Notes: generated by a model from the letters alone, not told the origin. A DNA stretch of 64,000 nt from Candidatus Bathyarchaeota archaeon (GCA_018396535.1 JAGTQC010000004.1:11418-75417); one strand, 5' to 3'. Positions 48,850 to 57,940 are shown, numbered from the stretch's first letter. Made by a program: numbers and translations.

Positions 48850-49008
48850 AGCTTCTAAGGCTAATAGCTACTCCTATATAAAATAATCTTAGAGTTCTAG
48901 CTTAAGATTAAACTTAACTCCTCTATATCCTGATGAAGCATATGGCTGTATACTATTCGCTTCGACTTGCGAAACTTACAGATATACTTTCCCTATCCGC
49001 TATACATA

Positions 49009-49049
49009 TCTAATATTTAAATATTAGAAAGGTAAAAACCATAGGTTTT
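49009..49049. promoter_or_regulatory. TATA box inside a perfect 20-bp palindrome, followed by a second dyad, upstream of the ykgJ-like/ATP-grasp operon
   Basis: TCTAATATTTAAATATTAGA (49009-49028) and AAAACC-ATA-GGTTTT (49035-49049), just before ATG 49059. Confidence 0.5.
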
Positions 49050-49058
49050 CTACTTAGA

Positions 49059-49700
49059 ATGACGTTATCGCATTTATCTAGCTATTTAACGCATAGGACA
49101 TGCATCCTATGTGCATCTCTAGGTTTAGGATGCTGTAATCGATGTCAACCATTCATACTGTATGCTGATATTAAGCGTATGGTTGCCCATATAGATTCAA
49201 GGATTGTTAAAGAGTTGATCGAGTGTAGCATGATACCTGAAGCTTATCGTGATCATTTGGAGAATCCTGAGATGAGGATGGTATACTATCAATGGGGTGG
49301 GTCATGGTATAGGATTCAGATGAGGTTTTCGAATGGCTCATGTATAGCCCTTAAACATGGCCTTGGCTGTATGCTTAATAGATATAGGCCCCTGATATGC
49401 GTAGTATGGCCGTTTTGGTGGAGTGAAGACTCAAATCCGTTAGGTAATGATTTTGAGATAGAAGTTATCGGTGAATGTACCATGGCTATACGTTGGATGT
49501 TTACACCTGAGAGAATAATGTTCGAGCTTGATATGGATGAAGCAGAGTTGAAGAAGTATCTGAGGAGTATGTATATTGCGTTGAGGGAGCATGAGTCTAT
49601 ACTTAGGGAAGCCTATAGTAAAGGTGTGGAGCCATCTATGCTTCTAGAATGGCTTATAACTAAGGCTGTATCCAGCTATCCTATGGAGGAGTATCTTTGA
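49059..49700 (+). CDS. YkgJ / CxxCxxCC family cysteine-cluster (Fe-S or Zn) protein
   Basis: CILC.....GCC, then CIAL....GC.L and RPLIC..WPF. Confidence 0.8.
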   Translation: MTLSHLSSYLTHRTCILCASLGLGCCNRCQPFILYADIKRMVAHIDSRIVKELIECSMIPEAYRDHLENPEMRMVYYQWGGSWYRIQMRFSNGSCIALKHGLGCMLNRYRPLICVVWPFWWSEDSNPLGNDFEIEVIGECTMAIRWMFTPERIMFELDMDEAELKKYLRSMYIALREHESILREAYSKGVEPSMLLEWLITKAVSSYPMEEYL

Positions 49701-50698
49701 GTATGAAGGTCGCTATACTATATAATGCACCAGCTGGTAAGCCTGATAGTATCGAATATCTATCTGAAGCAGGGGTGCTAGAGGAAGTTGAAGCTGTTAG
49801 ACTAGCTCTAGAGAGGCTTGATTTAAAGTACGATATTATCCCACTTAGAGATGATATAATCGAGTTTGCTAGAGCTGTTAAAAACTGTAATCCTGATGTA
49901 GCTGTAAATCTATGTGAGGGAGCCTTCGGTTATAGTATGTATGAGATGAATGTAGCAGCACTCCTAGAGCTTCTAGGGGTTCCGTATACTGGGGCAGATC
50001 CTTTAACCTTGGCTTTAGCTAGGGATAAGGGGTTATCCAAGGATATATTTAGAGCTAAGGGTATACCTACACCAGAGTATAGGGTTTTGAACAGTATCTT
50101 GGATTGGGATTCTAAACTGAGTTTCCCACTTATAGTTAAACCTGTAGCTGAGGATGCTAGTATCGGTTTAACGCGTAGAAATTTTGTTAGATGCTTCGAT
50201 GAGCTTAAAGATATCGTCGAGTATATAGTCGTAAGGTATGGTCAGCCAGCGTTGGTTGAGGAGTATATCGCGGGTAGAGAGCTTAACGTAGCGTTCATAG
50301 GAGGTGAAGAACCTGTGATGCTACCTATCTCTGAGATCGTATTCGAGTTCGAAGAGGAGCCTAGGATAGTAGACTATTATGCTAAATGGGTTAAAGGTAG
50401 CTATGAGTATGAGAGGACTAGGCCTCTATGTCCAGCACCTCTTGATGAAGGGGTAAGGGTTAGAGTGGAGGATGCTGCTAGAAGGGCCTATAAAGCTTTA
50501 AAGTGTAGGGATTATGGTCGTGTAGATATAAGGCTTAGAGGTATGGTGCCATATGTTCTAGAAGTTAATCCAAACCCGGATATATCGCTAGATTCAGGTT
50601 TCGTTAGGAGTTTGAATGCTGCTGGTATACGTTATGAGGATTTCATAGCTAGGATAATATCCTATGCCTTAGATAGGTCTAGGAAGTTTAACAAGTGA
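49697..50698 (+). CDS. D-Ala-D-Ala ligase-like ATP-grasp enzyme (non-canonical), copy 1
   Basis: LELLGVPYTG, DKGLSK, PLIVKP..EDASIG, EEYIAGRE, Y.AKW, GRVDIR and EVNPNPD. Confidence 0.9.
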   Translation: MSMKVAILYNAPAGKPDSIEYLSEAGVLEEVEAVRLALERLDLKYDIIPLRDDIIEFARAVKNCNPDVAVNLCEGAFGYSMYEMNVAALLELLGVPYTGADPLTLALARDKGLSKDIFRAKGIPTPEYRVLNSILDWDSKLSFPLIVKPVAEDASIGLTRRNFVRCFDELKDIVEYIVVRYGQPALVEEYIAGRELNVAFIGGEEPVMLPISEIVFEFEEEPRIVDYYAKWVKGSYEYERTRPLCPAPLDEGVRVRVEDAARRAYKALKCRDYGRVDIRLRGMVPYVLEVNPNPDISLDSGFVRSLNAAGIRYEDFIARIISYALDRSRKFNK

Positions 50699-51727
50699 TC
50701 TATTATCTAGCTTATCCTCCATGCCATACCTTTCTAGAGCGTACCAGAGGATGGTGCATATTAGCTCGTCGTAGCTATATCCGGCTGCTCTAGCAGCTGT
50801 AGGTAGGGCTGAGTGTGCATCTGGATTCGGTATCAATCCTGGTAGAGGGTTGACTTCCATTATGCGTGGTTCACCGTATCTATCTAGCCTGACGTCTATA
50901 CGGCATAGATCTCTGCATCCTAGGACTCTAAACGTTTTGAGAGCTATATCTTTAAGCTTGGATTCTAAGCTTAACGGTATATCTGCCGGGCATCGTAGTA
51001 TATCTAGCGGATTGTTCGGTGTATCCCAAAGCCATTTAGCTTCGTAGGAGTATATGGGGCTAGCTTCCCTCGGTAATTTATCGAGTAGAATCTCTACTAT
51101 CGGTAGTACGACTGGACTCCTATTACCTAGGATTCCTATAGTGAATTCTCTACCAGGTAGGAATTCCTCGACTATAGCGGGTTGTTTATAAGTCGATATA
51201 ACCCATGAAACCTGTTTTCTAAGAGCCTCCGCATCCCTGACGAGAGATGTGCTTCTAATACCTTTGCTCGACCCCTCTCTTAGAGGTTTAACTATGAGTG
51301 GAAATTCCAGATAGTCTTCGAGCTTCTCTTCAACTGATTCAAACACCTGGAATTTAGGTGATGGCAGCCCATACGATGATAATACCTGGTGGGTTAGAGC
51401 TTTATCCAGACATATAGCTAGGGTAGCGGGGCCAGATCCGGTATATGGTATACCCAGCATCTCGAGTATGGAAGGTATATGCGATTCTCTACTCTCACCT
51501 CTTAGCCCCTCAGCTATATTGAACACTATATCTGGTTTCTCGCTTCTAAGCCGTAGGTAGGAATCCTCATCGGCTTCGATCTTCACGACACTACATCCAC
51601 TCTTCTCTAGAGCTTTAGCTATAGCTTCTACAGTTTCCTCTTCATCATATTCTACATAGTAGTCTTCTGGTAGATCTGATGCGGCAGGTCTTCTTAGATT
51701 ATACGTTATACATACCTTCAGCGGCAT
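50669..51727 (-). CDS. D-Ala-D-Ala ligase-like ATP-grasp enzyme (non-canonical), copy 2
   Basis: LEMLGIPYTGS, DKALT, PLIVKP..EGSSKG, EEFLPGREF, YSYEAKW, RIDVR and EVNPLPGL. Confidence 0.9.
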   Translation of the reverse strand: MPLKVCITYNLRRPAASDLPEDYYVEYDEEETVEAIAKALEKSGCSVVKIEADEDSYLRLRSEKPDIVFNIAEGLRGESRESHIPSILEMLGIPYTGSGPATLAICLDKALTHQVLSSYGLPSPKFQVFESVEEKLEDYLEFPLIVKPLREGSSKGIRSTSLVRDAEALRKQVSWVISTYKQPAIVEEFLPGREFTIGILGNRSPVVLPIVEILLDKLPREASPIYSYEAKWLWDTPNNPLDILRCPADIPLSLESKLKDIALKTFRVLGCRDLCRIDVRLDRYGEPRIMEVNPLPGLIPNPDAHSALPTAARAAGYSYDELICTILWYALERYGMEDKLDNRSLVKLPRPI

Positions 51728-51754
51728 AGCTCTTCTAATAGCCTCCCTTTAAGT

Positions 51755-52870
51755 CTAGGGAGGCGTAGCGTAGGCTATAGCCTCCTCCTCTATGGGAGGC
51801 TGCGGATACACGTATATATTGCCTTCATAGTTCCTGAGGATCACCTTATCCTTATCGAATGCTACTATATAGTTTGGTTGAATCGGTATTTTACCCCCGC
51901 CGCCCGGAGCATCTATAACGTATCTAGGTATAGCTAAACCAGATGTATAGCCTATAAGCGATTCGAGTATCTTTATACCCGTCTCTACTCTGGTTCTGAA
52001 GTGGGATGCCCCCTTAACTAGATCCATCTGGAATAGGTAGTATGGCCTAACACGTATCTTTAATAGTTTATGTAGGAGTTCCTTCATAACCTTGGGGTCG
52101 TCGTTGACCCCCTTCAATAGTACGGATTGATTACCTAGTGGTATACCCGCATCTGCTAGTAATCCGCATGCTCTTTCACTCTCCTCCGTTATCTCTCTAG
52201 GATGATTGAAGTGTACGTTAACATATAGTGGATGATATTTCTTCAATATACTGCATAGCTTAGGGGTTATCCTTTGCGGTAGTGTACAGGGCATTCTAGA
52301 TCCTATTCTTACAATCTCCACATGCTGTATAGCTCTAACCTTACCTAATATGCGATCTAGAGTCTCATCTGGAAGCATGAATGGATCTCCACCGGAGAGT
52401 AGTACATCTCTTATAGATGGGTTACCCTTGATATACTCTATCTGTTTAGCCCATTCATCCATAGACAACCTCGCAGGGGATCTTCCCACCATCCTCTTCC
52501 TAGTACAGAATCTACAGTATGTAGCGCATACGGTTGATACACACATAAGAACTCTATCAGGGTATCTATGAACTAAACCTGGTACGGGGCTATCTCCCTC
52601 TTCATCTAGCGGATCCTCAATTCCGTACGGGTCTTTAAGTTCTAGTGGGCTAGGTATACACTGCATCCATATGGGATCGCCAACCTCCTCTATGAGGTTG
52701 AAGTAGTATCTAGAAACTCTCATAGGATATACGGATACAACGGCTTTGAGAGGTTCTATATCGATCCTAAATTTCTCCGTTATCTGCTCTGGTTTAGTGA
52801 TAAGGTCTTTAAGAAGGGTTCTCCAATCCTCTTCTACCACTCCCCTCTCCAGCCCTCCCTCTAAAACCAA
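51755..52870 (-). CDS. kamA: KamA family radical SAM/PLP enzyme (lysine 2,3-aminomutase-like)
   Basis: DPL.E....PVPGLVHRYPDR, CATYCRFCTRKR, LSGGDP, HFNHPRE, NQSVLLKGVND and DAPGGGGKIP (PLP lysine). Confidence 0.93.
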   Translation of the reverse strand: MVLEGGLERGVVEEDWRTLLKDLITKPEQITEKFRIDIEPLKAVVSVYPMRVSRYYFNLIEEVGDPIWMQCIPSPLELKDPYGIEDPLDEEGDSPVPGLVHRYPDRVLMCVSTVCATYCRFCTRKRMVGRSPARLSMDEWAKQIEYIKGNPSIRDVLLSGGDPFMLPDETLDRILGKVRAIQHVEIVRIGSRMPCTLPQRITPKLCSILKKYHPLYVNVHFNHPREITEESERACGLLADAGIPLGNQSVLLKGVNDDPKVMKELLHKLLKIRVRPYYLFQMDLVKGASHFRTRVETGIKILESLIGYTSGLAIPRYVIDAPGGGGKIPIQPNYIVAFDKDKVILRNYEGNIYVYPQPPIEEEAIAYATPP

Positions 52871-53172
52871 AGATCGTGATGATACATTGTAGATATAAGC
52901 TTTTCTAAATGCTTCTAACCACTCAGGTATACTATACTAGGAGGTTGCAGGTTAGGTTAAGCTATACTGAAAACTGCTACTCTATCGCTATGTATACTTT
53001 AGGGATGTAGTTGGAAGATTTATTCAGATCGCATACTACCAGTTTCGGAAAATACACTTGTAGCTGTATAGATTTGTTGGTGTACCTCTCCTCGTATAGA
53101 GTGTATGGTTATCTAGAGAAGCTTGATGGGTTTATAGTGATCTCTAGGTGTAGGTATACTAGACTAGTAACT

Positions 53173-54738
53173 TTAGCCTAGGAATCTTCTAAGCATGGCT
53201 GCTTTAACCAAGTAGTCTTCGGAATCCTTCCTACCTAGAAGGAATGCTATTAGGAAGCTGTTAACTGTGTTAAGGTATAGCTTATCATCTAAGCTAGCTG
53301 CTCCAAGCTTTATACCTAGATTCTCTGCTTCAGATAGATCCTCAATATACATATCTAGTACATCGCTCGGTATACTTCTACAATACTTCTCTAGTAGATC
53401 TATATTCTCCATGTTTACGTGGCGTGCAGCATAGCTTAGATCGACGTGGATCTTAACGTATAGATCTTTCACTATATTCCACTCGTATTCGTTTAGTTCG
53501 GTTAGAGATGATAAGCCTATAAACTCTGGTGGTATACCTAGACTGTAGAGTGCGGATACATATGGTATGGCTCTGGGGAGTTTAACCGGGCCTACACTCC
53601 TAGTATACCCGTATAAGCCTATATGTAGTCTTCTAGCTCTTCTAGCTGGGACCAGCGTTGCTACATCGTTTACGAGTTTAGCTAGCTTGGTAACCTCTTT
53701 CTGATATCTGCTTACTAGCTTATTTAGTATCGATACTATGTTATCCATATTCGTCTCCACATAGTCTGCTAGATCATCCAGATAGTATGATTCATCCTTC
53801 TTGAATACCTTACCTATATACTCTATGGCTTTCGCTACGATGTTTATAGGGTGGTCATACTTGAAGGATGATTGTATGGTTACGGTTTTGTAACCTCTAT
53901 ACTCTTCTAAAGCATTCTCTATATTCTGTGGTGATATATGTCCTCTAAACGGTGGAGGGCCGCCGCCTATTACAGGGTATATATCTATCCTATACTCCTC
54001 CATAAGCCTATAAATCTTAGCTAACGCTATCTTCGCTAGTATGGTTGCCGGTATTAATCCATAGTTTAAAGCCGGATCGGATCTAGCTATGAATACTCTT
54101 AGATACTTGGGTTTTATCTTAGCGATGTAGCCTCCGACTATGGTATCTAGTTTAAGTATGCTATCCATATCCTCTAGTAGGGGTATGACCTCTATAGATT
54201 CAGGCTTCGTAGAGCCTATTATATCCGATAGGGGTGTATTATCGAATAGCTTGATAGAATTCCTACTAGCTATTAAGCTTCGATAGGTTTCGTAGACTGT
54301 TAGGATATCTCTAGGTGATGTAGTTAGGGGTAGTATAACCTCGAATACTGGTGGGTTTTCTAAGCCGCATATGGTTTTAACGTAGTCGTAGAATCTAGGG
54401 ATGGTTTCTAGACATTCTATGAAGCTCTTCCTCTCTATAGTCTCTACGAATGGGTTGGGTAGCCTATATGTTAGGAAGTATTCTTCACCGAGTTTATGTT
54501 CTGTGAAGAAGCTTTTATCGATAAATAGTAGTTTACGTACTACATGGATATCCGCATCCTTACCTTCCCAATCCCACATCTGTTCGTCTATGTTAAGTTT
54601 TCTAAAGACGTAGTATGCCTCGTATACTTCATCATCGCCATCTAGTATATCGGTACCGCGTAGCCATGGAGGTGTGAAGACGTTATCAGGATGCTGTGTA
54701 GACATAGTCGCTGGTATCTTCCTATCTATTCTAGACAA
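53173..54738 (-). CDS. ppcA: Archaeal-type phosphoenolpyruvate carboxylase
   Basis: IP.TMSTQHPDN, EQMWDWEGK, FEVILP, RVFIARSDPALNYG, PFRG, TIQS.F.YD, R.LHIGL.GY.R and LPRAI. Confidence 0.97.
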   Translation of the reverse strand: MSRIDRKIPATMSTQHPDNVFTPPWLRGTDILDGDDEVYEAYYVFRKLNIDEQMWDWEGKDADIHVVRKLLFIDKSFFTEHKLGEEYFLTYRLPNPFVETIERKSFIECLETIPRFYDYVKTICGLENPPVFEVILPLTTSPRDILTVYETYRSLIASRNSIKLFDNTPLSDIIGSTKPESIEVIPLLEDMDSILKLDTIVGGYIAKIKPKYLRVFIARSDPALNYGLIPATILAKIALAKIYRLMEEYRIDIYPVIGGGPPPFRGHISPQNIENALEEYRGYKTVTIQSSFKYDHPINIVAKAIEYIGKVFKKDESYYLDDLADYVETNMDNIVSILNKLVSRYQKEVTKLAKLVNDVATLVPARRARRLHIGLYGYTRSVGPVKLPRAIPYVSALYSLGIPPEFIGLSSLTELNEYEWNIVKDLYVKIHVDLSYAARHVNMENIDLLEKYCRSIPSDVLDMYIEDLSEAENLGIKLGAASLDDKLYLNTVNSFLIAFLLGRKDSEDYLVKAAMLRRFLG

Positions 54739-54799
54739 TCTAACCCTCTACCAGACAAGTATAATCTTGGATATAAGGGTTAGTGTAGGAGCTCTACTG

Positions 54800-54813
54800 T
54801 TTAAATATTTAAA
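54800..54813. promoter_or_regulatory. Back-to-back TATA boxes between divergent ppcA and rps11
   Basis: The palindrome TTTAAATATTTAAA sits in the 120-bp divergent intergenic region. Confidence 0.5.
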
Positions 54814-54858
54814 TCTAGGGTTTCTACCTTCTTATCGGTATCTGAGGGTTGGATAGAT

Positions 54859-55269
54859 TTGAGTGGGGAATCTAAGAGGGAGGTAAAGGAGAGGTGGGGT
54901 ATAGCTCACATATACAGTTCATCGAATAATACGATAGTCCATATAACAGATCTTAGTGGTAGGGAGACTATAGCTATGGGTATAGGTGGTATGTTTGTTA
55001 AGGCTGATAGGTTAGGCGGGTCTCCGTATGCTGCTGTGAGAGCTGCTATGCATGCAGCTACGATAGCTAAGGATAAGGGTATAACTGCTCTACATATAAA
55101 GGTTAGGGCTCCTGGTGGTGTTAAATCTAAGACTCCTGGACCTGGAGCTATGCATGCTATAAGGGTTCTAGCTAGATCGGGGTTTAAGATAGGTCGTATC
55201 GAGGATGTAACACCTATACCGCATGATGGTACTAGGCGTCCAGGAGGTAGGAGGGGTAGGAGGGTTTAG
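54859..55269 (+). CDS. rps11: 30S ribosomal protein S11
   Basis: [24 protein letters not shown] and [20 protein letters not shown]. Confidence 0.97.
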   Translation: MSGESKREVKERWGIAHIYSSSNNTIVHITDLSGRETIAMGIGGMFVKADRLGGSPYAAVRAAMHAATIAKDKGITALHIKVRAPGGVKSKTPGPGAMHAIRVLARSGFKIGRIEDVTPIPHDGTRRPGGRRGRRV

Positions 55270-55289
55270 TGGATCCTTTATCCTGCCTT

Positions 55290-55817
55290 TTAGGTTGCTG
55301 TAGCTAGGATCCTTCTAACCGGGTGATCTGGATTGTTATACGGGCTTTTATAGGAGTATCTTATAAGCTCCTCCTCCCCTCTCATAACCATGTATGATGG
55401 TATTCTAACTATCTTATCCCCTACCGCTATATGTCCATGGACTATCATCTGTCTAGCCTGTATTATCGTTTTGGCAAGTCCTAGTTTATAGACTAGGGTT
55501 TGTAGTCTTCTATCGAGTAGATCTTCGACTTTAAGATCTAGGATCCTATCTAGATCTGCATCCTTTGATAGTATACCCATATCGTATAGCTTATCTATGA
55601 GTATCCTAGCCTCCCTCTCCCTCTCTTCTGGTGGTAGAGCTAGGAGGGTTCTAGCTCTATGTCTAAACTTAGATAGCATAGTCTGGTACTTCCATAGCTC
55701 CCTCTTATTCCTAAGCCCATACTCTCCTACTAGTCTAAGCTCCTCCTGTAGTCTAGCAGTATCCCATGGTCTACGTGGTGTTTCATACTTCTTCCTAGGC
55801 TTCTTAGGATCACCCAT
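55290..55817 (-). CDS. rps4: 30S ribosomal protein S4
   Basis: MGDPKKPRKKYETP, YGLRNKRELW, RRLQT and ARQ.IVHGHI. Confidence 0.97.
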   Translation of the reverse strand: MGDPKKPRKKYETPRRPWDTARLQEELRLVGEYGLRNKRELWKYQTMLSKFRHRARTLLALPPEEREREARILIDKLYDMGILSKDADLDRILDLKVEDLLDRRLQTLVYKLGLAKTIIQARQMIVHGHIAVGDKIVRIPSYMVMRGEEELIRYSYKSPYNNPDHPVRRILATAT

Positions 55818-55820
55818 ACC

Positions 55821-56273
55821 CTACTTCTTCCTCCTAACCACACCTACAGTCCTACCCTTCCTACCAGTAGTCCTAGTCTTCTGCCCTCTAACCTTCAATC
55901 CTAAAGCGTGTCTTATACCCTTCCAGCATCTAATCTCCTTCATAAACTCTATATCCATCCTTTGTCTAAGCTCCCATTCGCCACCGATTAGAAGCTCATC
56001 CCTCCCATTCTCAGGTGCTCTCTGCCTATTCAGTAGGAAGCCTCTTATACCGTAATCCCACGGCCTCCTGAATACATCCTCTACTCTTTTAACTTCATCC
56101 TCGGTTAGGAAGCCTATCCTCCTATCCGGGTTTATACCTGCTACATGAGCTATAGCATAGCCTAGCCTAACACCTATACCTCTAATCGAAGCTAGGCCAT
56201 ACGGTACTTTAAGAGATCCATCTACATCGTGCCCAGCTATACGGATGATAGGCTTATACTCCCTACTACTCAA
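55821..56273 (-). CDS. rps13: 30S ribosomal protein S13 (likely start TTG 56273)
   Basis: IIRIAG.D.DG, I.GIG, LNRQ and W.GIRH.LGLKVRGQKTRTTGR. A TATA-like ATTTAAATAT lies about 28 nt upstream of the TTG. Confidence 0.96.
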   Translation of the reverse strand: MSSREYKPIIRIAGHDVDGSLKVPYGLASIRGIGVRLGYAIAHVAGINPDRRIGFLTEDEVKRVEDVFRRPWDYGIRGFLLNRQRAPENGRDELLIGGEWELRQRMDIEFMKEIRCWKGIRHALGLKVRGQKTRTTGRKGRTVGVVRRKK

Positions 56274-56367
56274 CCCTACATCAAACCCTATAACGCGTAT
56301 ATTTAAATATTCACGAAGCAAACATAAGGTTTAAAAACTAGACGATTAGAGAAAATCAAAACTTGAT

Positions 56368-56441
56368 GCCGCCGTAGCTCAGCCAGGTAGAGCAGCGGGC
56401 TGTTAACCCGTTGGTCGTCGGTTCGAATCCGACCGGCGGCG
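56368..56441 (+). tRNA. tRNA-Asn (GTT)
   Basis: Cloverleaf: GCCGCCG/CGGCGGC acceptor stem, GCTC/GAGC D arm, GCGGG-CTGTTAA-CCCGT anticodon arm, GTCGG-TTCGAAT-CCGAC T arm. No intron, and CCA is not encoded. Confidence 0.97.
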
Positions 56442-57001
56442 TCATCTATAATCTTTGAAATAGATCGTAGATTCTTCTACCCTACTTCTTCTAAAACCTT
56501 GTATTTATCTATATGGTGGAAATGTTCATCGATTATTCTAGCTGTGGTTGATGCATATTCGTTATCGTAATCTCTACCCGGTTATCCCTAAATCTAGATT
56601 TAGGTATGGTGGAGCCGGCTCCCCGTTTTCATAGAGGTTTGATCTTGAATCCTCTACTTATTCATGGATTTCTTTATCATCTTTATTTTTCAGAAGAGTA
56701 TCTACCGTTTGTTCAAATCTTTGTATACTTCTTAGAAGGGTGGGAGAATAATGTTTGGAAGATGTATTCTTGGATACTGTATTCCTAGAGGATGCTGATG
56801 TATGAGAGGTTTAGATTTACCGGTACCTTTTCAGAAGGGTTCTTCTAGAGATTCTTAGCTAAGCTTGGTAGTGTTTTAGCTTCATCTTCTGTTATCGGTT
56901 TGAGGTTGTAGAGGTTTACCGGTAGTTTTATAGGAATGTGGGGTTGTGTATCTATTGGGGAGCTTTATATTGGAAGGGGTTTTGATCTAGCATGATGGAG
57001 G

Positions 57002-57940
57002 GTGTGGGGTGTCTGCTTGGTGAGGGTTAGCTTTAGGGATATAGGTTTAAGGTATACTTTAAGTCCTTATGAGAAGCCGGTAGCATATGTGAAACCTGGG
57101 GGTTTGATCGTAGTCGAGGTTGAGGATGCTTCTTCTGGGCAGATAAGGAAGCCGGGTGATGTAAGGGATAGGGGTAGGATACCCTTCGGGAATCCTCTAG
57201 TAGGGCCTATATATGTGGAGGGTGCGAAGCCTGGGGGATCCGTAATCGTGACTATAGAGGATATCAAACCGACGATAGGTCAGGGTGCGATATACTTCTC
57301 AGATTTTACTGAGAGGTATCTTACAGAGGTTCCTATACTAAGGTTTATGAGAACGGCTTTCCCGTATAGGATGAAGATATGTAGGATAGAGGGTGATACA
57401 GTCTTCTTCGATGGGTTGAAGCTTCCCTATAAGCCTATGGTTGGTACTATAGGGACGGCGCCTTATCTAGAGGTTGAGAGTGTATCTTCAAGCCTCCTTC
57501 CAGGTAGGCATGGTGGGAATATGGATATACCAGATATCTGTCCTGGGAGTAGGGTAAGCCTCCCAGTATTCTATGAGGGGGCTCTACTCTATGTTGGGGA
57601 TGTGCATGCGATACAGGGTGATGGCGAGATCTCCGGTACGGCTATAGAGATGCCTGCTGAGGTAGCTCTTAGGATCGATATCTCCGAGCAGGGTTTAAGA
57701 TGGCCTAGGATAGAGAGTGGGGAGGAGATGATGTGTATCGCAACTACGGGTTCTGGAAGAAGCTTTGAGGATGCTGTAAGGATAGCGTTTCTAGAATTAG
57801 CGTTGTGGATTGAGGAAAGGTATGGTATAGATAGGTTTGATGGATTGATGATCTGCTCCATAGCTGGGAAGATCAGGGTTGGGAATCTATGGTCTTTAGC
57901 TGCGAAGATCGAGAAGAGGTATCTAGATAGATCGTTGTAG
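57002..57940 (+). CDS. Acetamidase/formamidase family protein
   Basis: NPL.GPIYVEGAKPG, P.KPM.G.IG.AP, HGGNMD and GDVHA.QGDGEISGTAIE. Confidence 0.92.
   Translation: MWGVCLVRVSFRDIGLRYTLSPYEKPVAYVKPGGLIVVEVEDASSGQIRKPGDVRDRGRIPFGNPLVGPIYVEGAKPGGSVIVTIEDIKPTIGQGAIYFSDFTERYLTEVPILRFMRTAFPYRMKICRIEGDTVFFDGLKLPYKPMVGTIGTAPYLEVESVSSSLLPGRHGGNMDIPDICPGSRVSLPVFYEGALLYVGDVHAIQGDGEISGTAIEMPAEVALRIDISEQGLRWPRIESGEEMMCIATTGSGRSFEDAVRIAFLELALWIEERYGIDRFDGLMICSIAGKIRVGNLWSLAAKIEKRYLDRSL

Noticed and set aside
48924-48986. CTGATGA...GAAAC flanked by TATATC/GATATA resembles a hammerhead ribozyme or C/D RNA
   Set aside because: Stem II is only 3 bp and out of register, and no stem III or NUH cleavage triplet can form. 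There is no proper D box.
49697-51727. Interpretation as peptidoglycan or vancomycin-resistance ligases (with the VanZ-like gene at 6493)
   Set aside because: The D-Ala-binding motifs are absent, no mur, alr or van genes are in the window, and the VanZ-like gene is 43 kb away and belongs to a broad family.
52871-53172. 300-bp spacer upstream of kamA as a possible lysine riboswitch or small RNA
   Set aside because: I see no convincing stems or conserved motifs by eye. An Rfam scan would be needed.
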